Assembly: GCF_000143415.4 (NCBI RefSeq)
Contig: NW_003314263.1
Location: forward strand, 1,762,749 to 1,826,748
Length of the DNA stretch: 64,000 bases
Direction: 5' to 3'
From: Selaginella moellendorffii
Lineage: Eukaryota; Plantae; Lycopodiophyta
Shown: positions 1-12,692 of the stretch, piece after piece
Layout of the letters: each line of letters starts with the position of its first letter
How positions within the stretch are numbered: the first letter of the stretch is position 1
Position numbers and translations under genes: made by a program
Notes under the pieces: model-generated
The model's database searches: none
Seen by the model: the letters and a program-made list of their open reading frames with translations, nothing else
Told to the model about the DNA's origin: nothing

Positions 1-32
1 CGCTCCTGCATACAGAGCTTGTGAGATAACAT

Positions 33-2625
33 TTAAACTTAAAGTGTGTACTCACTAGGTTCACAGAGAAGATACTGTTTTTCTTTGGCAACTGTAATTA
101 TATGCTCCATTGAAGTCACCTCTTCAATGGAGTTTGTCACCGCAACACACGGGACACCCTTGAGTAGTGCGGCTCAAAAGAATAGTCCGCCGCAGTTGTA
201 CTCGACAACGCATTTGCCCTTGGAGTCGGAAGTAGGTGACCCACCCGCTATTGCGTTGAAGACCCAGTTGAGCATTTCCCATGCTGCACCTGGAGCTTTC
301 TCTGGATTTGAAAGCTCCATAGCCGTCTTCAGTTCCTCAGGCACAGGTAAATTGACCTCCCTCAGATCAATTCGATCAGCCTTGTCGAACGAAGCTGGGA
401 AGTCACTCCAGTCCCACTCTGCTGCAGGACCAATAACAAGGGCGAGTGTGAAGATGCGGAAATTCGTCGGTATCTTCTTCTTAGCCATTATCCCATGGAT
501 CTCCCGCATCTCCTTGCCTTTCAACCGAGCCTTCACCTCGTTCAAGGCCTTCCAGAACTTGTGATAGGATTCGGAGTCGTAAATCATATAGTGGACTGAA
601 GATTCCACCTCCGTAAGTCCCACCATTAAGTCAATGATGGAGCTAACTTCGTCTGCATGAGTGATCTCCTCGTTTGTGAAGTCCATCACACAAAAAATGT
701 TCTTGACCTGCTTATCTCCGCGGGAAACGATGCTCCTCCACCTTTGATCCTCATCCGAATTCACGTATACCCGGTAAGGTTCTCGATAGGCCTCTGTTGC
801 GGGGTCGAGCTGTTTCTGAAGCCGGCGGTCGACATCCCTCTTAATGAAATTTGGATACTGATCCAACTTCTCAGCTTTACTTTTCGTGGCATCCCGCAGC
901 AGATCGATGAACTTGGGGGCCCCTTTCACGTACTTGTCGATGTCTTCATTTGACAACTCCAGCTCTTCCATCATCTCTTACGTGGTGTCGATGCTCACCC
1001 TCTCCACGGCCACTTGCTCGAAGATCCAATCCTTCAATAGCGCACGAGCTCTCAGAGTCGTGCACAAGTCCTCGTATGTCACAATATGGCCGGGAGTCAT
1101 TTTGGTCTTGTTGAAGACTACCTCACCACGTAGAAGAGCATTAGCCACTGTCAGAAGGTCGTCGTCGTCTAGAGACCGCGAGAAACACAAGGCGTTGAGC
1201 TTCAAATCATTAGGCTTCCAGCCGTCCTCCACACCCATTGAGTTTAGCAACTCCCCGTCATGGTACCTCCTCAACACATCTACCCATTTGTCAAAAACAA
1301 CTTTTGTCGCGATTAGAATGTTATGGATGCTGAGTGTGTCATTGACCCCTAGTGTTTTCGAGAGAAGACTTGAGAATTCCTGCAATGGAAATGGCGTGAG
1401 GCCACATGCTATGCCACATGCAACGAGGCTTACCTGCCAGGCGCTAGTTGCTAGTGCACGTCCTTGTCCTGGTTTTTGTGGCTTCTTTAGTTGAACCCAG
1501 AGCTTCCGTGTTCGTGCCAATATCTCATGCAGACCCGATTTGTAGCACGTTTCTTGCTTGACATTCTGCACGTGGGAGATGTATATGATAGATCGGAGGG
1601 GCGAGTTGCCTTTTATCAGGCGGACAACTCTTGTCTTGAAGACTTTCTTCACCTCCTCGCCCACCATAATATCCACAACTATCTCTTGCATCGCCAAGCT
1701 AGAATGCTGCCCGGAGACGGCATAGAACCGGATGTTCTGATCGTCCAACACCTTCCTATTGATCAAGTCTGGAAACCTCGTCTCGCCCTTCATTGTTCGG
1801 TAGTAGGGGATCACGTCTGCGATGTCGGGTGTTACTGGATTTGCCAGCATCTTCTGCTTCAGTTTCTCCACCCACTCATCAGATACTAGTCTGTGGTTGT
1901 ATTTGCTTTGGATGTCGATACGGCTCACGTCGATTGTATATACTTTGTTGGAATAGTAACAAGTACTATTATCTGCAACGATTTTTGCTGCCTCTTCTTG
2001 CTCTTTCTGCTCTTTGTGGCTCTTCTTTTTGGTGGGTGTAGTGTTCGAACCCGAGGCAATGGCATCACCGAGTAGCTTCTTTTTTGGAGCAGGAGATCGG
2101 CTTGAGCTTGACCACCCTTTTCTGCTTCGGGGTAGTTTCCAGATCGACCCCCTTCCCCTTCGCTTTGCGAACTGGAGGCACTCTCAACGGCTCAATGTTG
2201 GAATATAGTTTTTGAACATTGCCGTAGGTGAGGTCTGTGGATTCCATGTGATCTTCATAGACCCGCAGCATCTTTGAAATTGTGGGCCTCCTGGACAACC
2301 TCTCCCTAGCTCCCTCTAGGAATTCCTCATAGCCGCTGCCCCCCTCCGGGAAGCCGCTAGGATGTGCAAGGTGGATCTTGAAGGCAGACGCTGTCTCTAC
2401 CACAAGTGCCAGTCCATATTCTTGCATGGAACTGCATGGAGTGTCTGTCACTTGGATGAGGATCTCCATGCATTCTTTTCTCCTACCATCTGTGTTGTAC
2501 AGCCTCAGATCCTCGCCTTCCATCCCGAAAGTCCAACTGGTGAGCTCCTCCCCCTTCTCTGCATCCACATTGACAGTGGCTGGAAGAAGAACGCAATTCC
2601 TCGCCTGTTCAGAAATGCACAACAA
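33..2625 (-). pseudogene. ParB/Srx-like domain + degenerate SAM-dependent methyltransferase-like C-terminus (transposon cargo)
   Basis: ORFs 978..1928 and 174..974 share a frame, split by one TAA (978-980). Reading through TGA at 174-176 gives KCVVEYNCGGLFF*AALLKGVPCVAV, resembling MTase motif I (VLDxFxGSG..AA..G). HRLVSDEWVEKLKQKM...FYAVSGQHSSLA resembles ParB-N. Frameshift near 2100 joins ORF 2065..2625. 5' exons uncertain. Confidence 0.55.
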
Positions 2626-3879
2626 TTAGAGCTAACAGATGAAAAGCTAGCAGCTAGAAATAACGTGAGGCCACACGCCATTCACCACTGCATCAGATGT
2701 CTTGAGGCTACATCCTAAGATGGCGTGAGGCTACACGCCATCTGTAACCGGACTGCACTCGAGAGCCTAATCGGTGCATGCCAATGTTGCTACTGAATGG
2801 CATGTGGCCTCATGCCATTTTCTACTTGGCCTAAAAGACTTACCATTTGAAGCCAAATGGAGGCATGACAATCGAGGCTGGACTCGCTAGCAAATGTGCA
2901 CTGTGTGTGTAGCGGATCGTAGCAGCAAGGCTACTCTGCCACTTACAGTTGGAGAGTGGTGTTGAAATCTCCCGGGACGCCAAGTGGGCTGCGTGTGGGT
3001 GGCGGAGTGGGCGGCGGAGTTGGCGGCGAAGTTACAAACTAGGTGTGTCTTGAAGTGGACGCCGATGCACATGAGCGCGATGCGAGCGTGAGTGTGATGC
3101 AAGCGCGAGTGGACGCCGATGCACACGAGAAACCTATAGAGAAGGTAGATGAGCGCGAATGTGAGCATGATCGCGAGTGGGAGCGCGATGCGAGCGCGAG
3201 TACGAAGAAAAATGCAAAACCTAACCTCACACGCGCGAAATGTCACGACGGTTGGTAATCCCGCAACGTCATCATTCCTCGGACTTGGGCGCCACCATTA
3301 ATTTCTGGATTGCCGCGCGCATGCATACACGTGAAATCCAAAAGAAATCCGCAACGTCATCATTCCTCGGACTGCATGCACGCAAAATCCAAAAGAAAGA
3401 TCATGATTGGGATATCATTCAATACCCTCGCTATATTTATACCATGCATGATTGGATATTCCAAAGCATCTTGTATTTCCAAAAATGCCAAATGTTCAGC
3501 TAAATAAAGAATGGTATACAATGTCCTTCTTGATGACCCTGCAAAGAAGCATCTCAATCGGACACCACATGAGACCACACGAGCCTTACAATGTTTCAGG
3601 GGCATTTGCCATAGATCCGACTGTTATTTTGCTCCAAGATTCTACAGTTTGGTGTGCATTGACCTTTCCATCGACACTGCAAAGGGACATCACAATCAGA
3701 TGCGGGATCACAAGAAACCAACTTCACTAACTCTGGTTTCACCAAGATCTACGTAAGGAGTTATGAAATGAAAGGACCCTCTCTATTGAAATGTGTTTAT
3801 GGTCCTAGGGGCATTGTGACATATCAAAGGATTTTGCATCAAGTTCTGTATTTGCATGTTTATCAAGCTACTGAATTGC

Positions 3880-3905
3880 TAAACCCTAAACCTTAAACCC
3901 TAAAC
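3880..3905 (+). repeat. Interstitial plant telomere-like (CCCTAAA) / telo-box cluster
   Basis: taaaccctaaaccttaaaccctaaac in the divergent intergenic region of the Sola-like element. Confidence 0.7.
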
Positions 3906-5169
3906 ATGTGGCAAATGCTGCGTGAAGAAAGATGCCCTTTCTGGGCAAATGCTGTAAGAGGCAGATGCCGAGCAGATGTATCTCAGGCTAGCGAAGGGGA
4001 CAAATGAAAGCTAGCTATAAACATGACGGGATGCAAATAGATTACTAGGCTGGTCCTGCGAAAATCAAAAACCATAATTGAAAACATTGAAAATGCAAAA
4101 AGAAAGGTTTATAATATTTTTGAATTTTAAGCAACCAAAGGAATGTAAGTAGGGCATGTGTTTGTAAGTTTAAAAATGCCTCAACCACTTAAATTCCCAA
4201 GTAAATAAAGCTGTTTCTATTTTTGGTACAGGTAAACTTTATAGTGTGTGGGCTCATGCAATTTTGAACCCAAAAATGCACCAAAAAATGCTCGACTAGC
4301 ATTATTCTTTAAATGGCGTGTGGCCTTATATTGCCATAAATGGACGTACACACACAGCATAATTATTCCTTTACACGGCGAATAATCTTGGCGCGGATCA
4401 CTGACATGGCATGGCAAAGTTCGAATCACTGACATGGCACAGCTGGATCGAGGCAAGGACATGATGTGACAAAGTTCAACCTCCGACAGCAAAGTCTAAA
4501 AGCTACTCAGTTTGAAATTTGTCAGAGGAATCATAAGATCTGGTTTGTCAGAGGATTTGATGTGACGTTCAAGCGTGTGTTATTTTTGAATTCTCGAACT
4601 CATTCCTAGGTCTATCATTTTTGTGCGCCGTGTTCTTGGTTCCGATGAGCGTAGTGAGCGCTGCTTGTGTAAGCGGCGTTGTGAGCTGTGGTTTATGCGT
4701 CTACGAGCGGTTGCGGCATTGCGAGCGCCATTGCGAGCGGCAGTTTATGCGAGTGGCAGTTTGTGCGAGCGGCGCTACGAGCAGTTGCAGTGTTGCGAGC
4801 GGCACTGTCTTTGGTGTTGCTACCGCTTCCTCTTGATATTCGGCACTTGTGCTTCCTGGTATGTTCACCATGGAATGGCTTAGGACCACATTTAGAAATG
4901 GCATGAGGCCACATGCCATCTTGGGCCCTTGCAATTTCATGGCTAACGTATTGTCATGTATGTTTTTACTTGCTTGTAGCTGTGTGTATATCAAGATGGC
5001 ATGAGGCCTCATGCCAATTTTGTGAATGCGAAATTTCACGTGGGTGTCAATAGCATGTTTAAATAATGGCATGTGGCCTCATGCTATTGAGGTTGTTTGG
5101 TATGTTATGATTTAGGCCATTCTCTAATCATTTTTTGTATGGTCTTAACATCTTTTCTGCACTTTCAGA

Positions 5170-7979
5170 ATGGCCTCCGCAAGTGCAACGCATGTTCCCT
5201 CCGTGGATCTTAAGAACCGTGCTACATGGATTCAGGCAAAGGTGTTTCTAAACAACCCCGAGGGGGAGGTGGTAGCTGAGGGCTTAGCCACAGTTGTCGA
5301 TCCAAGAGATGCGGTTGCTAATCAAGAATTAGGCTGGGATGATATTGGAGTTGCGATTTTAGAGGTTGTTGACATAGAAGAAAACAATCTGACTATTGGA
5401 AGCATTGTGCGGTGGAAATTGAGGCACTTAGTGTTTGAGAATGTGAAGGATTCACAATCAAACACCACTACAACTGATGACAAAACATCTCTTCATGGGA
5501 AAAGAAAGTACACCTTCCTAAAGCGCAGCCAAAGGGATCTGAGCAACGAACCGAAAAGGCAGAAAATGGCGATGGAGGTTCGAATGGTCTCGACAGTTGC
5601 TTGTTGCAAGAGGAGGTGCTGTCAACATGCTGATTGGGATGCTATTGAAGAGGAGAGAGCAAGATACAAGACATTGTCCTGGAAGGTAGCTCGCAATTTT
5701 GTGTATGAGGCATTACAGTCATCTGTTGATGCTTCAGAACATCAGGTGGGGGGCATGGTCTTCCAGAGGGGTTTGGTCTGCATGAAGGCATGGAGAATCA
5801 TTTATGGAGTCCCTCAAACCACATTCTACAAAATCAAAACTGAGTTCGAGGAATAAAGGGTTCAACAGGCAGTCCATGGGAACAACGGTACTCACAAAAC
5901 CAGGGGTCATGTTGTATATGGAAAGGCAATCTTCAAGAGGTTTGTCGAGACATGTAGCGAGCAGCAACCACATAAAACTCGCCTCTTGGAAGATGGAACT
6001 CGAGACACCCAATGAGTTCTCCCTTCCATATATACCAAGGGGGCCATATTGGAAGATGTGAATCGGGAACTCCAGAGTAATGGCTACAGGAAGCTGAGCC
6101 AATCTAGATTTAGTAGATTGTGGAGCAACAGGTTCAGGGATGTGAGTATAGAAAAGTACTCTAGCTTTTCAAAGTGTGATGAGTGCACTGCTATCAAAAT
6201 GGCTTTGTCGAAGAATTCTTGCATCGCTCAAGAGCGAGAGACATTGGTTAGAAGGCGGCTCAACCACAACATCAAGCAGAGAAGCTGCAGGACTGCATAT
6301 TATCATAACAGGATTCTCTCCATGGAGAGACCTGACTCTTACCTCTGCATCATCCACGACAAAATGGACCAAAAAAAGACGTGCTTACCTCGACTCAATC
6401 CTACCCCCAAGGCAATCTCTTCATCCATGCAGCTGCCTGTGTCTCTGTTTGGCATAATCGCTCATAGGCATGGTGCCCAGAACTATGGGAACTTCTTTGT
6501 ACCTCTATGGGATGGCGGGGGTGCAAACATGATGATTGCGTCCCTAGCAAAACACTTAAGGTCTCTGCAAAGTGCACAGACTAAGCTGAACGGCCAACAC
6601 TTGCATAAGGCCCTTGTCGATCAAACCCCATACAGGGTTCAGCTGGAGGAGGAGCAAAGGCTTGCAGTATCGCGTGGGGCCCCATGCCATCCCAGTGAAT
6701 ATGTTGGCCGTCAGATTGTAGGGTTATCACGTGAGGCCTCATGCCATTCCGACGAGGCTGGTCGCTCGGTGAATGCACAGCCTCATCCAAACGAAGTAGA
6801 ATCTCAAGGAAGTTCTTGTGGCCGATGTGGCCTTCCACCCCATCTTCTGCTCCAAACAGACAATGCTGGCAGTGAGAACAAAAACATGTACGTCTTCACA
6901 TACTTGGCGATGCTTGTTGCCAAAGGCATATTTGAAACAGTTACACTTGGCTTTCTCATGGTTGGGCACACTCATGAAGACGTTGATGCCATGTTCATCA
7001 CCTGGCAGAGTCCCTCCGGCAATCCAATGTCCTCACCCTCCCACAACTCTACGATGAATTCCAAAATTGCATCAAAGGCATTGTTGAAGCTGCACTTGTG
7101 ACAGAGGTTCCAGACTTTAAGGGGTTTGTAAGAGGCTACATCAGGGACAGATCCGAAACGCTGATTGGCCACTCCAAGCCTCTTCAGTTTCATTTCAGCA
7201 TGCGTGACGGTGCTCCAGTGATGAGGTACAAGATGAGAGAATGGGACACAGTGTGGCTGCCAATGGACGGCATTGAACTCTTCAAGAGAGATCCCATAAT
7301 TGGGGAACCTATGATTCCTCAGGGTTCCCCACGGCCGATGCACCCGGATGGACTCAAAGACCAGGAAAGTATAGTGACCGGGATTAGATAGCATATTGCC
7401 TTCTGGAAGAGGGGGTTGGTGTTTGGTGGAGAATCCTATTTTAAGAGGTGCAAGCCTTTGCTCAAATACTGGGAGAAGATTATATCTGCTATCCAAAATG
7501 GGCCGGTTGTATATGAAGAATTGGAAGAGTCCTTTTGGCCAGAACCTAGAGCACCAGATAGTAGCGGAACAATGTCCTCTGGAAATGTAGTGACAGATAA
7601 CGATGTTGAGGATCACTATTGTGGGCTGAGGAACAAGAAGCCGGATTCAGCATTCAATCCAGTACAGGTCTGCAAAGGAATGGTCGTGCTTGTCAAACCC
7701 AGTAATAAAAAACAAATGATATGGGTGGGGCGCTGCATCACTGATGCAGAGGAGGACGCGGAAACTAACTCCTTCAATGTAACTGTGGAGTGGTTCAAGC
7801 CAAGTTCCGGATATACGAAGGATTGCCTAGAAAAGAGATGGGTGCTGAATCCAAGGGATCCCAGCATGAGCATATCGGTGGATAATGTTGTGCATGGTTG
7901 GATACGAAAGCAGAGTGCCACCATCACCTTGCCAAACCATGCAAGAGATGCAGCAAGAGCATTCATAACCCGGGTTTAA
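5170..7979 (+). pseudogene. Sola-like / DUF7869 DDE transposase, disrupted
   Basis: Motifs CCKRRCC, VCMKAWRIIYGV, FSKCDEC, IIHDKMDQKK, LQTDNAGSENKN, FLMVGHTHEDVD. ORFs 5170..5856 and 6049..7101 are in frame across stops; 1-bp frameshift at ~7000 and TAG at 7389-7391 lead to 7416..7979. N-terminus (VVAEG..VDP..LG..IGVAILEV) resembles the Tnp1/En/Spm-like domain. Confidence 0.8.
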
Positions 7980-8707
7980 GGTGAGATTCATTAATATTCC
8001 TTTACTAAGTTTCTAATGTATTTTATTTCAAGGTGAACAATCCGAATCTGAATTAGAGGAGGCATGATGGCATATGGCCTTATGCCATTCCTAGGTGAGA
8101 TGATACAAATAACAAGTATAAATTCTTAGTTGTTCTAGCAAATCTTACTTAAAGTTCAAGGTGAACAAGCCGAATATGAATTCATCGGATTGTTATAACA
8201 AATTGCGAGGTGATGGCATGAGGCGATACGCCATTTGAGAGTGGTAGCCATTCCTATATGAGGTGAGTGAAATATTTATTAGAAATACCTCATTCAATTG
8301 TGCACTTCTAAGTCTTGGTCCACTCAGTATTGTTTGCATGTTTTTATTTTAATTCTTTCTCTAAAATGTTATTTAGCATGTGGCTTCATGCCATTGCTCT
8401 CCACAATCATGCATTGAATTTTTCTATCCTTGCATAATACTTCTCCATATATATAGCATGTGCGCACATGTGATATGGTTCATTAGGCCTAATATAGTGT
8501 GTGAAGTAAAACAAAGATGATGTGACATATGCATTTACCAATCACACGTGCATAAATCTAATAATATGGCGTGTGGCCCATATTAATGGCACATAAACCC
8601 ATATTGTGGGCTTACGTGCTTTATGTACCATCATTCCCTTGCAGTGTGTGTGTTGGTTTCCTTTTATAACACAATGAACTCCATATTTTAGGGTGAACAG
8701 CGTTCTC

Positions 8708-8965
8708 ATGGCAAGCACAAAATCTGTAAGTGAGGCAGAAAAGGAGACGGAGAAGGAGATAGGTGAAGATGTAAAATATATAAGTCTTCCAAACTCCCCA
8801 TACTATACTCCAGGTGATCATTTTTCTGAACAAACGGCAACATTAACAACTATCGAGAACGCCCCAGTAACGTCAGAGACAACAATCCAAAGCAAAACAA
8901 CTGACCTGGAGAAGGATGATAGTACCGCTGAGAGTACCAAAAAGGAGGTGCCCACTAGCGCTTAG
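8708..8965 (+). CDS. Small ~85-aa transposon cargo protein (SLP..YYTPG..NAPVTSETT family)
   Basis: Clear homology to ORF 20975-21223 in a different transposon. Confidence 0.55.
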   Translation: MASTKSVSEAEKETEKEIGEDVKYISLPNSPYYTPGDHFSEQTATLTTIENAPVTSETTIQSKTTDLEKDDSTAESTKKEVPTSA

Positions 8966-10094
8966 GCTTATAATGGCGTGTGCCCTCATGCCATTTACTT
9001 GATCACCAAATACCTTTTTCCCTTTGCACTAGTATATCTTAATACCGGTCTGAGAAATAGAATGGCATGTGCCCTCAAGCCTTTTACTAAATCACCTTTG
9101 AAAGAAATGCAAGCCTCTATGTCGTAAAAAAAAGGTACTAGAGAAATTCCTTAATAATATGAATGTTATTTAGTTTCATGAAAATACACTAAGGGTCAAA
9201 TGAGTTAAATGACTTCTTCAGACTAGCAATGCCTCTTGCTACACCTTCACAATTAGATTTGTTAGAAAAAGATAACATTGAATAATATCTAAATGTTCTC
9301 ACCATTAAGTTATATGTCTGGCTAATAGGAATGACGTTCATCTTGGAAAGCTCATCACATGCTCAATGAACAAACAAATAGTGTGTGCGCGCATGCCATC
9401 GCTCTTCTTTAGCTTCAGATTCGGCTTGTTCACCTTGACAATGAGATTTATTATACAACCAGATGGACTCAGTCTGGACACAAAGTCACCGCGCTAGTCA
9501 CCATGCCCCAGATATGTCTAGCCCCTGGACAAAAAACATATAATTTCACGTCATTTTCAAATACTTGAAAATTTGTACCTAGTCCCATTTTACTGAATAA
9601 ATCCCACTTTAACGAAATAGAGCATTCTTGTAACTTCTTTAAATTTGTACTTTGTACTTTCTGGCTAGTAAATATCAGGTTTGTCATAATTTTAAAATTA
9701 TTAAATTTGAATTAAGATTCTATATAACCCCTCCCCATTTTCTCTTACGCTTAAGTTTGGGCTGCAAGTTTGCAAACGCGTGTGTATGAGGGATGGATCC
9801 ATGATTGGGGCTGGAAACTTTGAGGCACAAAAAGAAAAAAAAAACTATAATGGTATATATGCTCTTGCAACAAATTGCAACATCACACACCCAAAAGACT
9901 ACTATGAAATATTTTTTGAGATTGTAAAGACAAAAATAGAGACTCATGAATACTATGGGCAATATTGCAAAAAAGAACACTCACAAGTATATGAAATGAA
10001 AAGTGAAATGATAAAATATTTTTATCAATTATATATGGTATAATAAGTTTATATTATTGATAGAGAATAAACATCGATAGTGTTGGAAAATCTA

Positions 10095-11745
10095 ATTAGC
10101 TCCAAAAGTTTTTTACAACTCGGCAATAGTAAAGCTTGCTTGGTGTAAATGAATATCCACTTTAAGATCCTGGTGCAAGATGTTGATGAAAATGTAGTAC
10201 ATATGCTTGCAAGGAGTATATGCCTTCCCATGTTCCTCGCTCTTTATAAAGTTTGGACATGTGCAAGAAAGAAAGTCTTGAATGGCAATTATGTACTCTC
10301 CACCTTCTATTTTGACTATATACTCCTTTGCAAGTGTAGTGATGTACTTTGTGGAGAGAATCTCACACTCAAGTGTTTGAGCTAAGTTTATTTTATCTTG
10401 CTTCTACTTGGAGATGGTACTAATAAATTTAACTGCTTTGCCTTTTCTAGCTGGCCTCTTATGCATCTTCGTAGGAACAATCCTAGTTTTATCAATCATG
10501 TCTTCAGCTCTCCTTTCAAGATTGAAACAAGATTTCTCAATGTTTTCAATCTCATCCGAGATGAGCGCAACTCCATTAGCAACCAGCCATTCTTTAGGTA
10601 CTATATCAAGTTTAGTCACTATAGTGTCTTCAAGCCACTTTATATGGTTGACATCAATGTTGTAACAATATAGCCAACACCATCTTGAAAATCTTGCTTG
10701 CTTTTGTTCCCTATAGAAACATAGGGTTGGAATAAAAGTACACTTGTCACCATGGATCCAAGCCCAACACTTGCCCTTAAAAGCATCCTCACATACCTTA
10801 CATTTGATTTTGTTAGCATTGGACGGATTGCCCATTGCTTTGGCTCCACACTACGATAAGCAATTTCAACTTGCTATAATGCACTTCATCAACCACTTGA
10901 GGTGGCTCGGTTCAGGGGTGATGTTTTAAAGCAGAATGATACTCAACATTAAACTTGTGAGAGCTTTTTGCTCCAAGATCCGTGCCAACATCTTCACCAG
11001 TAAAGGAAAAGCGATGCTTTGAGCGGATGGTCTTCATGTCACCAATAGAAGCCCGAAGAGTGTACTCCATAAATGTGCTGTGAACCACTTCCTCCACTAT
11101 AGTTGCCACTATTTGTGTTAGTGGAGTCAATTTCTTCTTCATCCGATCGTGTAACATCTCAACTAAACATCCTGTTTCCATGTATCTTCCTTCCTCAAAT
11201 GCCAAGGCTTTTGAAGACTACTCTACAACGTGTATTAAATTTGATAGACATGCTTCATATAGACTCATCTTCCCTTTCCCTGCCTCAAATGAACACCAAC
11301 TCCAATGCTTACTCTCTGAGAGATTCATAGTTGGGGTATATGCAAGATCCTAAAGTGGTTGATCCTAATAAAAAGTTGATATTAAAAAGTAATAAAAACA
11401 GAGGAAAAAAAAAAAAACCAACCTGAAAAGAGGGATGTCCCCATTAGAACATCCTAACTTCCCACCACCCCAACCATGACTCAAGTTGTGGTAAACAACT
11501 TACATTAGTATGGCCATCTTCACGCCACCACATTCAGATCTCATTTGCTTTTGCCTCATGCTCTTCTTCAGAAAGTGCAGCCTACCATTGTTTGCACAAC
11601 TCCTTAAATGCTAATTGGAAATCTGGCTTGATAAGGTGGTAGTGTTGGTTTAGGCTCTGAGCCCAATGGAACAACCGACCTTCTAGGGGTTGACCATTCC
11701 CAAAGACTGCCTAGACACCATTCTAATTAGCCCTAGCCCTATCAC
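10095..11745 (-). pseudogene. C-terminal half of MULE transposase with SWIM finger (degenerate)
   Basis: AFEEGRYM, KCWAWI, RWCWLY blocks match 37547-38782. Retains NLSESKH (third catalytic E). N-terminal half deleted. Confidence 0.85.
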
Positions 11746-12029
11746 GGCCACTGTCATTAGGGTTTTATAGAAAGTAGAGTGGGAGATTGGGAGTGACTGT
11801 GGGATCCATCAGCATCGAACAAAATGACACCAAGAGTAAGTTTTTTTTTCTCTTCCACTCCCTTGTCACTCCACCTCAACACCAAGCACCACAACACCTA
11901 GTATCACCGCCTGTGCCTAGTGCTGCTGTGCCCACGCCGCACTTAGTGCCACCGCACCCATGCCACACCTAGCACCCAGCCTCTCGCACCGTCATGCCCA
12001 ACGCCACCGCTGCCGTGCCTAGCACTGCC

Positions 12030-12605
12030 ACTGCCAAGTGCCTGGGCTAGGCTGGCTGGCCATGGCGCTTGGGGGTAGGCTGGTACGCTGGCGAATCGGC
12101 ACCCCCGCCAAGTGCCCAAGCCGAGCACTCCACGCGGGCTAGCCATGGCGCTTGGGGGTGGGCTGGTACACTAGCGAACTGTCCCACACAGCCTTGCCCA
12201 TGCCAAGTGCCCAGGCCAGGCACTTGGCCGGGCACTCCACGTGGGCTGGCCATGGCGCTTGGGGGCGGGCCAGTACGCTGGTGAACCGGTGCCTGTGCAG
12301 AGTGCCCGTGCCAAGTGCCTGGGCTAGGCACTCAGCTGGGCACTCTGCGCAGGCTGGCCATGGCACTTGGGGGTGGGCCAGTACACTAGTGAATCGGCAC
12401 CCACACCACGGCGCACTTGGCATGGGCAAGGCTAGGCCAGGCATTTGGCCAAGCACTCCACACAGGCCAGCCATGGTGCTTGGGGGCGGGCCGGTACGCC
12501 AGTGAACTGGTGCCCGGGCCAAGTGCTCGAGCTGGGCACTCAGCCAGGCACTCTGCACAGGCCAACCATGGCACTTGGGGGTGGGCCAGTACGCCAGCGA
12601 ACCTC
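12030..12605. repeat. GC-rich degenerate tandem repeat (~105-120 bp units)
   Basis: Recurrent CCATGGCRCTTGGGGGYGGGCYRGTAC near 12060, 12143, 12250, 12358, 12471, 12565. Confidence 0.8.
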
Positions 12606-12692
12606 ACCCGCTCGGCTGCACACCCCACGCTTCTTATGCATTTTTATGTCTTATGCATTTTTATTTCATAATGAGTTTTTTTTTATTTTCAG

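Larger units (their letters stand above)
1391..9399. repeat. Dispersed 22-bp palindrome, consensus ATGGCRTGWGGCCWCAYGCCAT (~15 copies)
   Basis: Copies start at 1391, 2660, 2720, 2797, 4313 (gapped), 4898, 4996, 5066, 6669, 6726, 8067, 8213, 8373, 8973, 9062; weaker at 2697, 8566, 9378. Confidence 0.9.
1..9440. mobile_element. Sola-like (DUF7869-type DDE) DNA transposon with divergent ParB-MTase-like cargo; left end outside window, right end approximate
   Basis: Transposase 5170-7979 (+), divergent cargo gene on (-) at <2.9 kb, small ORF at 8.7-9.0 kb. An element-specific 22-bp palindrome recurs from 1391 to 9399 and was not seen elsewhere. TIR/TSD not identified. Confidence 0.65.

Noticed and set aside
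46-1889. Plus-strand ORFs 46..564, 886..1494, 1491..1889
   Set aside because: Antisense shadows of the minus-strand cargo gene.
1391-9399. 22-bp palindromes as a CRISPR array
   Set aside because: Irregular spacing from tens of bases to more than 1 kb, and located within coding sequence.
11943-12671. Overlapping ORFs in the GC-rich repeat
   Set aside because: Artefacts of a GC-rich tandem repeat.
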